The notes under the pieces were generated by a model, which was given only the letters and a program-made list of their open reading frames with translations, did no database searches and was not told the origin of the DNA. From NCBI GenBank assembly GCA_965240325.2, contig OZ251222.1, positions 186,001-250,000 on the forward strand: 64,000 nucleotides of DNA. The letters run 5' to 3'. The stretch is from Rebecca billardiae RCC1528 (lineage: Eukaryota; Protista; Haptophyta). Below are positions 35,082 to 46,392 of the stretch, one piece after another. The translations under genes were made by a program, and so were the position numbers. Every line of letters begins with the position of its first letter. The first letter of the stretch is position 1.

Positions 35082-36338
35082 CAGGCCTGTGCTCGCACGG
35101 TCACTTGTCCGATACTACAGTTAGCACTGCCACTTGCCAGGCTGACGCTACCCGGCGAGGCCGGTCGGCGTGGCCGGTCTGGCCTCTTGCCCTGGGAGTG
35201 GCAGCCTGCTGGGTCTGCAGGGTCAGCGGCTCACGGACACCTGGCTGGACGCGCGTCCTGGATCATGATTGGCATCAACCATTGAGCCGTACGTACGGTG
35301 CCCTACGGTGGCCTCACACGGATTTGACTGACAGTCCGGTACGGTCTGCCAGATACTAGATAGTCGTACAGTAGCCCGATATCGCGGTACTCGGAACGGT
35401 AGGGCCTGGCTCGGGCCCGCCCGCGGCCGTCACGCCGGCGGCGGTAACCCCCGGCGGCGGGCGCCGGACGGACTGGCGCCCGCGGCTTCCGCATTGCTCA
35501 TACTGCACGTTAATAAACGTAGTATATATATATAGTAAACTGTAATTCGCATCGGCGCGTCATCGTCACCATCATCGTCGATCACTCGTCGACGTACGTA
35601 CGATCATCATGTCATCATCGGGCGGCGCAGCACTCTGACGACTCTTAACTGACTCATATCGCTCGGTAGTCGGTTGAGTGTTGGGACTCACCGGTTGGGG
35701 CGCGCGGGTCCGAGGCCCCGCCAGCCGCAGCCCCGCCGACGCGCCCGACGGTACTTAGGACGGTGCCCGGCTCCGGCGATTCGGTCATTCGGACGATACG
35801 ATTGTTGCCCGCCGCACCCGGGCGTGCCGGGTGCCTGGGCGGGCCGCCGGGCCTGGGTAGTGGGTGCCGCACGCCGCACTGCCTGGTCATGGTGACCTCA
35901 AGAGTCAGGTGACACGGGCACGGCCACGGGTGCGGTAGCTAACAACTACGGTAGTTAGCTCAGTCAGAATACTAGCCGTACTAACTAGTAGTACAGTATC
36001 AGCCCTATAGGCTATAGAGTATACTCAGAATAAGAGGTCTACGCACACACAGCCAGCTCTGAGCTCAGGCCAGCAGGCGAGATTAGCCTTCAGTAACTAG
36101 CTTGTAACAAAGTAATCTAAGTACGTATGTACAAACCCAAGAAACTATCGCAGCAAATCGCCACTGCTTTGGTACCCGTCCACGACGAGCACATAAACGT
36201 TGCGAGCGCCACCGCGCCACGGCGGCGGCGATTTCTTATTACGACAGTCAGTATTCATCATTTGCTGTCTATTGTAACAGACAGAACAGTAAGTGTAACT
36301 AACTACTACAGTATTGTGCGTCCTTGACAGTTGACAGC

Positions 36339-37502
36339 ATGGGCGCCGGCCACGTGGTCCCGTTGGTCGTGGCGCTCGGGCACGTCGCGGTGCCCCCGGC
36401 GCTCGACAGGGCGGATGCCGTGCTCCGGCACGCACGCACGGATGCGCTGCAACGAGGCTCGCCGGCCCTCAGCGTCGTCTCGCTGAACGTCCTCTCGCCC
36501 GCCTTTGCCAGAGCTGAAAGCTACCCGCACATCGCCAGCGAGCAGCTCGAGTGGCACACTCGATGCAAGCAGATTTGCGCGCAGATAGCGAGCTGCGAGG
36601 CGGATGTCGTGGCTCTGCAGGAAATACGAGTCTCTACATTTGAGCTCGACTTTAGTCCGCTCTTGGAGCTGGGATATGCGGCGTCTGTGCAAGCCGACGA
36701 CAAGCGACGTCCATACGGCTGTGCCACCCTGTACGACTGCTCGCGCTTCCTGCTCGAGCGCGAAGAGTCGCGCTCACGCGTGCAGCTCTCAACGCTTCGG
36801 GACGTCCACTCGCGTGGAAAGTCGGGCGAGCGTCGCATGTACCTCGCAAACGTGCACTTGCAACGCGGGTCGTGTGACGAGGCCACGCGGCTGCTGCAGC
36901 TGCGCTCTCTCTTCAAGCATCTTGCCGAGCACCGGGCCGCGTCGCTTGGACGTGCGCCGGCAGACGTTGGGCGCGCCGCACCTGGCGAGTGCGCGATCAT
37001 CTGCGGTGACTTCAACTCCGGGCGACGCACCGCTGTGTACCAGCTCATGCGTGACGGCGCGCTTCGGACCTTTCCGCCAACCGGCAAGCAGCGGCGGCAC
37101 TCAGATGGCAGTCCTGCGCGAGGCCGGCCATACAAGACGGGCTTCCTGCGCATGAAGGACGCGTACCGCGCGAAGCCGCCAGCATGGGGCCCGTTCGAGA
37201 TGACGCACACCAGCGGCGCGCTGCTCGACTACATCTGGGTTTCCGACAACTGCGAAGTTGTCGCGTCCATGCCGTGTGCATGGCGGCGACAAGACGCGCG
37301 CACCCTCTTTGGGCGCGGGGGTGCAGCCTCGACCTCGGCAAGTGGACGGGTGGGTCTGCGTATGCACCCGCGTGCAAGAGCGGCTTTGCCATCGGCTGAC
37401 GGTCAGTACGCTTCGGACCACCTGGCACTGGGCTGTGTGCTCCAGTTCGGAGTTCCGCGGCGCGAGTCGGCGGAGTCGGATGACCGATGTAACGACTTGT
37501 AA
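36339..37502 (+). CDS. Endonuclease/exonuclease/phosphatase, CCR4/nocturnin/angel-like
   Basis: Motifs SLNVLS, DVVALQE, ANVHL, ICGDFNS, LDYIW and SDHLAL. First ATG at 36339. Confidence 0.88.
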   Translation: MGAGHVVPLVVALGHVAVPPALDRADAVLRHARTDALQRGSPALSVVSLNVLSPAFARAESYPHIASEQLEWHTRCKQICAQIASCEADVVALQEIRVSTFELDFSPLLELGYAASVQADDKRRPYGCATLYDCSRFLLEREESRSRVQLSTLRDVHSRGKSGERRMYLANVHLQRGSCDEATRLLQLRSLFKHLAEHRAASLGRAPADVGRAAPGECAIICGDFNSGRRTAVYQLMRDGALRTFPPTGKQRRHSDGSPARGRPYKTGFLRMKDAYRAKPPAWGPFEMTHTSGALLDYIWVSDNCEVVASMPCAWRRQDARTLFGRGGAASTSASGRVGLRMHPRARAALPSADGQYASDHLALGCVLQFGVPRRESAESDDRCNDL

Positions 37503-37603
37503 GTCGTAGTACTAGTAGCCGCCTTCTAGGATCTGAAATAACTGAATATCATTACTGTCGACTATACGACGCGGCGGTTGAGTATTCGTCGTCCGACAGT
37601 ACT

Positions 37604-38461
37604 GACCCGTTGCACGGGTGAGTAACCGTGAGCGTATGAAAAAACGACAAGCGTATGAAATCTCGCGGTTTTGTCGCTCGCGCTGCCGCATGGCTGACGT
37701 CCGCGCCGATCCGAGCGCAATGGTGCATTGCGAAGCCGATTCGCAATGCACCAATCCAATCCGCATGTCAATCGACCCAACCGTCGCTGAGAACGAACGA
37801 CAAAACCCAGGGCAGGTGTCCACCACGAAGCCACGCCGCGCGCGCGCTGGCAGCGTGAGCCGGCGCGGTTGCAAAGGGTTGCCCAAAGGCAGAGAGATCA
37901 GCCAATGCGGCTACCTTCGGCAAGCACGCCACCTCAGCGTCAGCATCGGGTGGGGCCGTGAGGATACATGCCCTTGGATGCGGCTCCAGCCAAACGGCTC
38001 TCGACGCGGGGAGCCGCCATCGGCCGCGAGCGCGTACACGGATACACGTGCTGTCCTCGTGAACGAGGATTCAGGAGACGAGGCGCGGCCCGCGATGCGC
38101 AGGCAAGACCTAGGGAGTGGCTCACGCTTTGATCGCGGGTACGGGTACAGAAGGCGTGCGCACGCAACCACACCGCCTTCGTGAAGCGCGTGGGCAAGCT
38201 GCTGAAGCTCTCACGATGCGCGCTTACTTCTCATCTCCGTGCGCTCGCCGACCGCTCACGCTGCCTTCCGCGCGGCGGACCTGGGAAACCTGCCACCTGG
38301 CGCGCACGACGCAGCGCGTAACGCGGAAGGTGGTAGATCTGCTGCCACGCTCCCGCTGCCGCCGCCGGCGGCGGCAGCGGCATGCCCACGATGCGGCGAC
38401 GGTGCTGATGACTATCACTGCCAAAGTGTCGTTTTTTCGGCGCTCACGCGTGCAACGGGTC
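37604..38461. mobile_element. 858-bp MITE with a 4-bp TSD (TACT)
   Basis: TIR GACCCGTTGCACG / CGTGCAACGGGTC plus inner IR GTGAGCG..GAAAAAACGACA. TACT flanks both sides, and the empty site with a single TACT is at 39082-39085. Confidence 0.9.
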
Positions 38462-38465
38462 TACT

Positions 38466-38720
38466 ATACATATATATATACGCATATCTATCGTCTATCA
38501 ATATCTATCTATCTTTCGATCGATCTATCTATCTATCTATCTATCTATCTTTGAATAATCTATCTATATTGATCTATATATCTATCTATCTATCTATCTC
38601 TGCTATCGATCTATCGATCTATCGATCTATCGATCTATCGATCTATCGATCTATCGATCTATCGATCAGTATCGATCTATCGATCTATCGATCTATCGAT
38701 CTATCGATCTATCGATCTAT
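38466..38720. repeat. (TA)n/(ATCT)n/(ATCGATCT)n compound microsatellite; second copy at 39086-39410
   Basis: Direct reading. Confidence 0.92.
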
Positions 38721-39142
38721 GTTTCCGACAACTGCGAAGTTGTCGCGTCCATGCCGTGTGCATGGCGGCGACAAGACGCGCGCACCCTCTTTGGGCGCGG
38801 GGGTGCAGCCTCGACCTCGGCAAGTGGACGGGTGGGTCTGCGTATGCACCCGCGTGCAAGAGCGGCTTTGCCATCGGCTGACGGTCAGTACGCTTCGGAC
38901 CACCTGGCACTGGGCTGTGTGCTCCAGTTCGGAGTTCCGCGGCGCGAGTCGGCGGAGTCGGATGACCGATGTAACGACTTGTAAGTCGTAGTACTAGTAG
39001 CCGCCTTCTAGGATCTGAAATAACTGAATATCATTACTGTCGACTATACGACGCGGCGGTTGAGTATTCGTCGTCCGACAGTACTATACATATATATATA
39101 TATACGCATATCTATCGTCTATCAATATCTATCTATCTTTCG

Positions 39143-39180
<38 letters not shown>

Positions 39181-39374
39181 GAATAATCTATCTATATTGA
39201 TCTATATATCTATCTATCTATCTATCTCTGCTATCGATCTATCGATCTATCGATCTATCGATCTATCGATCTATCGATCAGTATCGATCTATCGATCTAT
39301 CGATCTATCGATCTATCGATCTATCGATCTATCGATCTATCGATCTATCGATCTATCGATCTATCGATCTATCG

Positions 39375-39410
<36 letters not shown>
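38721..39410 (+). repeat. Tandem duplicate of the EEP gene 3' end and downstream microsatellite, lacking the MITE
   Basis: 38721-39085 equals 37239-37603 (offset 1482), then continues directly into the microsatellite. Confidence 0.92.
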
Positions 39411-39920
39411 CGAGTGTATAGCAGCTGCACCGCGGCCGACGGCGACGCTCACTCAGTGCGTCTCACGCGGACGGCGCAGTCCTCGGGACATGCATCACTC
39501 GCGAATTAATACTGCTATTAAAGTCGCGCGCGCGCAGACTCTCAACTGCTGGTGAATAATTATAATAATAAAATGTTTAGTACGGACTACTGCTGTCTGC
39601 TACAGTATAGAGTAGCTACAGCTGAATCGATACATCAGTAGAGTAGTTAGTACATTGCTGTTCTCGGTCCGGGAGTCGGTCCGGACGAAGTTCGTCTCTT
39701 TAATAATTTCGTATATCGGATATGACCGTTCCGAGGGCACTCAGTAGCTAGTCGTCTCGGAGAGTGATGACGAGAGGTCCCGTGACCCGTTCACCGTTGA
39801 TGACGAGGCGGCCGTTATGATATATATACATATCTATAATATACTGCTGTTGAACCGATTACCGCGAACTTGCGTAATATAGTCTGCCTATGGCTATGAT
39901 CGGCACTCCGCACTCACACT

Positions 39921-41856
39921 AGCCTGGTCCAAACGCACTGGAGCACTTTCGGGGATTTTATCGCCAAATGAACGCGGGCCCCTAGGCACGCGCTCACACC
40001 CGGAAACAGCGTAACAAATGGGCCCAGCCCGGGCGCAGCAAAAGTTTCGGCCTAAAAATCGCATCCGTGGCCCGTCGTGAGCGTGCGCGCGCGCGCCGCG
40101 GACAACTACGGACACATAGAGAATCGTCAGTCCGAATGTGGGTAAGTACTTAGCCGAAATGAGCCCAAACGCACGAACTTACTTATTGGCGTACGTCGAG
40201 GCGAGCATGAACCCTGGTACAGGCCATTAGGATGGGCTGTGGTCTGTGCGCAAGTGGCCGTACTCAACTACTGCAAGATCGACTATATTACCCATTTATA
40301 CCCGCATATTATGGGAAATGTACCCGCATAAGTATGAGTTCTGGACCTGTATAATTAAAATGCCACTATGTCGTTACATATTCGCCATAGGTGGGTAGCT
40401 GTCCCAGGCTGCACGATTAGTGCGGCGCTCGGGGTGCAGTGGTCGGACGAGGCTCCGCCTGGCCTTCCGCGCACTCCTGCAGACAAGAAGAGGGCCGGAC
40501 TCCCACCCGGCCAGGCGTGCGGCAGTCGGTCAGGTGCTGGACCTGGTCTGGAGACCATCTCCTGCGTGGCGACTGGCCGATCTGCGGCACAACGCGCGCC
40601 GCCGTGAGCCACACGGCAGGTTCGCAACGGATCCGGATCGCGTGTCCATGGCGGCGTGCATCGAGTCATTCAAGCTGTCAAGTCGCGTGCCACGCCCGCC
40701 CTTTCACTTGGGGCATCCGTACTGCCTACAACGACGACATGTGCGTCCTTAGACGAGGCATAATCGCGGTTCTAGCTGCTCGTCCAAGGGTCAGATCGCA
40801 CGTCCTTGCTCGCCCGACAGCCTCAACGGCGGACTGATGTGATCCGCGGGTGACGATGCGACCGCTTCGAGTGCGCCTACGGCCACCACCGGGGTGGGGA
40901 TCGTTCATGGGCACCCTCCGCGTGCCATGACATGCTCTGGCCGTGCGTGGTGACTTGACCCACCGCACGTAAACGGGGAAGACACCCGAGCACGTGCTTC
41001 CGAGCCACCCGAATGGCACAATGTGCCACCCATGGACACCAAACACGTGCCAAAGCGCGAGCCTTGCGTGCTGGAGTAGCCGCGCGACACCAAGGAAGAC
41101 GTATGAGCGCTCTCAACCATCTTCAAGCGACGACTCCGTCGACTCTGCCTCGCAGACCGCGGTACGATCCTCGACCTTGTGCTCGCAGCAAAGGCCATGA
41201 CGGTAAAGCAGCACCCAGGCGATGGGAGTCAGCCGGCAGCCACTACACTGCGACTGTACACACCCCGCCCCGCAAGGCGAGCCATCCTGCTCGCCACCAG
41301 CCCGTCATACAGCTCCACGAGGAGCACAAATCGACAGCCGCCGCTCAGGACGGCCCATGCGCAAACGTGACGGGACTGGCCGGATGAAGCGTTGGCGATG
41401 CGCAGCGCGCCCAACGCTGGTGGTGGCATCGAGTACATGCTAGGGGTAGGCGGTGGCCCACACGAGCCGTCGCGTGGCCCGCATATTACCCGAGGTGGCC
41501 CGTCTCGAAGGCGCCGCGCAACCCAGCAGGTGAGCGTTCGACGCGCGCCGTCAGGCGAGAAGTCGACCTGGCGACGGACCGCGGGCGGCGGAAGCAACGC
41601 AGACATGTCGCTCAAGGTGTGCACGCACACCACCGGGGCACCCGAACGATGTGTCCAGCACTACACCTGACATGAGGCGGCGCAGTCGTCCAGTCGAGGC
41701 TCTCGAGCCCCTTCCCGACCTTCGTCGCGGCGAGCCGTCGGACGGCCGGTGGCGATTTTTGACGAGCGCGACGAGCGACGAGAAAAATCGGGAGAAATCA
41801 GGCGCCCAAAATCCGAAAAGGCTTTTGCACTGGCGAAAATCGGGATGGACCAGGCT
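39921..41856. mobile_element. ~1.94-kb non-autonomous TIR element
   Basis: TIR (T)AGCCTGGTCCA / TGGACCAGGCT(A). Flanking direct repeat ACTCACACT at 39912-39920 and 41857-41865 (9-bp TSD, or 7-bp CTCACAC if the termini are TAG..CTA). Confidence 0.85.
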
Positions 41857-41924
41857 ACTCACACTGTCGGACTGACGTGTAACGACGACGCCGCAGCCTA
41901 TATTACTGCTACTACTAATAAGTA

Positions 41925-44900
41925 CTAGCGGCACAACACCTTGGTGCGCACGTCGTCCGGGATCGACGAGTGAATCGACGACGGCGGCGGTCCTGCGTAA
42001 TCGACGGCGCCTGTGTCGTCCGCCACCCACATTGCCAGCCCGCGCACCAACTGCTTGAGCGCGGTGTCCGCGCCTTTCCAGTGCTTCGCGCAGAATGCTA
42101 CGAGCAGCTTGGATGCATCCATCCCCTCGTCAGCCTCGGGCAGATTTCGGCTCTGTGCCCAGAGCGCGTCCACCTCGGCCCAGGCGTCGGTGAGGCCGAG
42201 CGACTTGAGCGCCCACGCGAGCAGGCCGAGCAGCGCGCATGAGCGCTGTGGCAGGTCCAGCCGCACCATCATCGGGTCCATCGGCGACGAGAGCACGAGC
42301 GTGACGAGCTCGCACAGCAGCGGCTGCATCGGGCCGAGCTCGGCGATGGGCAAGGGGCCATCGGGCACGGGTCGCCGCGTGCTGGCCAGGCGGCTCGCCG
42401 TCTCCTGGCACTGCCGCACGAGCGAGTTGATGTCCTTCTGCGCGACCGGCTTGGTCAGGCACGACGTCATGCCCACGTCGAGGCACTTCTGGTGCTCCGC
42501 GTGCAGCGCGTTGGCGGTGAGGGCGAGCACGGGCAGCTCGGCGGCCCACGGCGTGACGTTGGACTGCATCAGCCGGAGGATGCGCGACGCCTGCCGCCCG
42601 TCGAGCACGGGCATGTTCAGGTCCATCAGCACGAGGTCGAGGTACCGCCCCGCCGCGAGCTCGTGGTGCGCGAGCACGATCGCCTCGAGCCCGTTGTGCG
42701 CCTCGAGCACGACGTTGCCCTTGAGGAACATCGAGACGACGATGCGGTTCATGTCGTCGTCCTCCACGAGCAGCACGCGCAGCGGGCGCGGCTCGTTTGC
42801 GCCCGGGCTGCTCGGCGGCTCGGCGGCGGAGGCCGCGGCCGCGGCGGCCTCGGAGGCCTGCGAGATGGCGGTGCACGCGGCCTGCGCGCCGCATGACAGC
42901 GCTGCGGGCTTGGCGGTCGGGCCGCGGCCGCAGAGCCGGTTGTACAGCGGCGGCGTCTGTGGCTGCGCGTCCTCGAAGGTCTGCGCGCGCGCGGGTGCCG
43001 CACGCGCATGCGCCGGGTCACGGCGGCGAGGTCAAAGGGCTGAGCTCGCGGCGGCGAAGGCGCGCAGAGGCCGTGCGGCGGGCCGCCCGCCCCCGCCCCC
43101 ACGCACGCGCGCGCGCGCGCGAAGAGGAGAGAGCAAGGGAGAGAGCGAGAGAGAGAGGGCGAGACGCCGTGCGGTGCCAAGGGCGGGCGTTCCAAGGGCG
43201 CTCGCGCGCGCGCGCTCGCGCGCGCGGCCTCGCCCGCGCGCGCACCAGCATGTCCAGCTCGAACGTGAAGGCCGTGCCCACGCCGGGCCGGGAGTCGACG
43301 GTGAGCGTGCCGCCCATCGCGTCGACCAGCTCCTTGCACACCGTCAGCCCGATCCCCGTCGCCGTCGTCATCCCGACCGACATGGTGTTGACCGCCTCGC
43401 CCGGCACCGTGCCAAACAGTTGGAACACGTGCTCGAGCGCGCTCTTCGGGATCCCCACGCCCGTGTCGCGCACGCACATGGAGAGCGTGCGTGGCACGCA
43501 GCGGCTGCGCCGGCGCGGGGGCAGGGGCGAGCGCGGCGGGCGCGGCTCAGCGCGAGCGCGGCGCTGGGCCCGCCGCGCGCGCCGAGCGGCCGCGCGGCGG
43601 CGCGGGGGAAGGCGCGCGACGCGGCCGCGCGGCCGCGCGCGCGCGCACCGGGGTGCGTAGAGGCGCGCGCGCTCGTCCAGCGCGGGGTAGCCAGGATCCG
43701 ATGGATCGATCAGCCAGGTGCGGACGTTGATCGTGACGGAGCCGTGCTTCGTGTACTTGATGCCGTTGCTCACCAAGTTGGTCAGGATCTGCTGGATGCG
43801 CTGCCCGTCGCCCAGCACCGTCTTGGGCACGTTCTCGGAGATGTCGACGGTGAAGGAGACGTTCTGCTTGCGCTCATTGCCGTCGAGCAGCACGCGCCGG
43901 CAGTGCGACGCGACGATCGCGATCGTGTCGCGCACGGCAAACTCGGCCTCGGAGAGGACAAACTGGCCGTGCTGCACCTTCGACATGTCCAGCACGTCGC
44001 ACACGAGCATGAAGAGGTGCTCCGCCGACCTGCGCCGCGCGCCGCCGCAGCCGGGGCGACGGAGGGGGCGCGCGTGCGGAGCCGAGGCGCGGTCAGCAGT
44101 CGCTCACCGCGCTCAGCCCGCGCTCGGCTCGCGGCCGGCGCGCTCGCGCGCGGCGCGCGGCGCGCGGCGCGCTGCGGCGGCGGCCCGCCGCACCGCTCGT
44201 GCCCCGTGCATCCCGCGCGGCACCGGGCGCCGCGCCGCGTCGCGCGCACCTCAGCGCGTGCTCCAGCTGCGTCGAGAGCTCCTCGCGCGAGTACTGCGTG
44301 CCCGACTGCGCGGTCGCCAGCTGCAGCATGCCGATGAGCGCGGACAGCGGCGTGCGCATCTCGTGGCTCATGATCGCGAGGAACTTGTCCTTTGAGTCGT
44401 TGAGCGCCTCGACGTGCGCTCGGCTCGCCTCGGCGAGGAGGAAGTCGCACTCGGCGGTCATGTCCGCGCCGAGGCAGATCAGCCCGGTCACCAGGCCCGC
44501 GCCGTCGCGCGTGACCGAGGCTGTGATCAGCAGCAGCGTCGCCTTGCACGACGCCGCGCCCGCCGACGACGGCGGCGCGTGGTCGGTGCTCGACGCGACG
44601 GTGCCCTCGTCCGCCTCGTTCGGGTCGAGCTCGAACTCGAGCTGGAACGTGACCGAGCTACTGTCCGCGCGCGCCTGCCCCGCGCCTGCCGGCGCGTCGT
44701 CGAGCGAGACCAGCACCGTGCGCAGCGCCGTGTACGCCTCGCGCCGCGACTTGTCGGTCAGCTTGGGCAGATCCCAGACCTGCCGGCCCTCGGCGACCGC
44801 GGGCTCGATGTGCGAGAGCGCGGCGCACCGCCGGTTCCACACGGTCACGGTGGCGGAGGCGTCGGTGACGATGATCGGCACGCCCGACACCGCGATCATC

Positions 44901-45916
44901 GCGCGCAGGTCGTCCTGCATCATCCGCCGCTCCGCCTGCACCGTGTGGAACTGGCGGTGCAGCGCCTCCGACGCGTGCTTCACCTGCGCCTGCACGATCG
45001 ACATGGTGACAAAGGCCTTGGCGATCACGTCGCTCACCGAGTAGAGCACGAGCTCGGCGTGCGAGTCGATGAAGCCCAGCTCGGCCGCCAGCCAGATCAC
45101 GGGGAACACGTGCCACCCGACCACGACGAACGCGCCCAGCAGCACGACGTTGCGGTCCACCGAGTTCTTGTCCGCCGCGCGGAGCGCGGCGATCAGGCCG
45201 CGCGAGAGGTGGGTGAGGCAGAACTGCGAGATGGCGAGGAGCACGAGGGATGCGACGATCGGGAGGGGCAGCGTGCCGTACAGCCCCAGCTGTATGCACA
45301 TGTACGTCTGGAAGATGCGCCAGCAGTTGCGCTGCGGCGTGTCGTCCGCGAGGGTGTTGAGCAGCGTCGTCATCATCGGCATCGTGTGGTCCCAGACGAG
45401 GAAGCGCAGGAGGAGCATGCGCCGGCCCATGAAGTCGTAGACGTAGGGAGACGGCGCCACCAGCCGCGACGCGTAGGACAGAAGGCACACGAGTACGAGG
45501 CTCGTGCTCAGCCGCACCGAGCTGTTGAGGACGACGCTCGGCCACAGCGCAATCAGCACGAGGTTGACGAGCAGCAGGGTGGACATGGCCACGATCACGT
45601 GCACCACGACGTGCAGCTCGGCGTCGGCGAGCGCGTCGTAGTGGAACGCCGTCGCCGTGCCCGCGGGCGCGTACGCCTCCCCGTAGAGCACGGCGAGCGC
45701 GAGCACGTGCGACACACACACGCTCGCCGGGTGCGTGACGCGGCGATAGATCGTCGCGGACAAGTCGGTGCGCGAATAGGCGCCGGCGAGAGCGAGCATC
45801 GGGAGCACTCCCATCACGAGAGCGCTCATCCAAAGCCCGCGCACGACGACCAAGACGCCCACGCGCATCTCGTCGCCGCACGCCTCCACTGGAACGCCGC
45901 CTCCGGCGTGCACCAT
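41925..45916 (-). CDS. Histidine-kinase rhodopsin: rhodopsin-PAS-HisKA-HATPase_c-REC, 4 exons (45916-44250, 44029-43649, 43504-43246, 42980-41925), ~1120 aa
   Basis: Rhodopsin motifs LRFLVWDHTMP (TM3), WHVFPVIW (TM6) and DVIAK (TM7). Kinase motifs SHEMRTPL, NLVSNGIKYT, DTGVGI and TGIGL. Receiver motifs VEDD, LMDLNMP, LTANA and TKP. Three GT-AG introns join in frame (3363 nt). Confidence 0.93.
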
Positions 45917-46392
45917 GACGTGAGGAGGAGGAAGGGTGCCCGCCTCCGGTCGCTCACTTGGCGATTGGCGAAGCGGTGTGAATACTATATGAAATCGTGG
46001 GTGCAAGAAGTAGAAAGTTAAAAAGTGGAGGAGGAGATCTCGTGCTCACGAGATACGGTCCTGGTAAATGTACGAGCGAAACGACGGCAATGATTTAACG
46101 TCATACCAATGTTGATGCGGTTATTTGGTTATCATGAGATAATGTCGCAATACACAAGTAATTAAGGTTCAAGCAAACTCGAGGGATCCGAGTTGCGTCA
46201 AAAAGCTACCGGTTCGCAAACGTGTGCTACTCCTGCTTCATTATTTGAAGTGCCGAAGCGACACGAAATTTCCTCATAATATTATCTCCCGGGTTTTTCC
46301 GACAGAACGCTCCGTTTTCTAAGGCCCGAAAATGCTAAAAGGCCAAAAAATCAATAATAAAGCACGTTCGTGTGCGTCCGCCATTTGCCGGA

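Noticed and set aside
45917-46006. ORF-track start of the rhodopsin kinase at 46006
   Set aside because: That codon is TTG. In a eukaryotic gene the first in-frame ATG (45916) is preferred.
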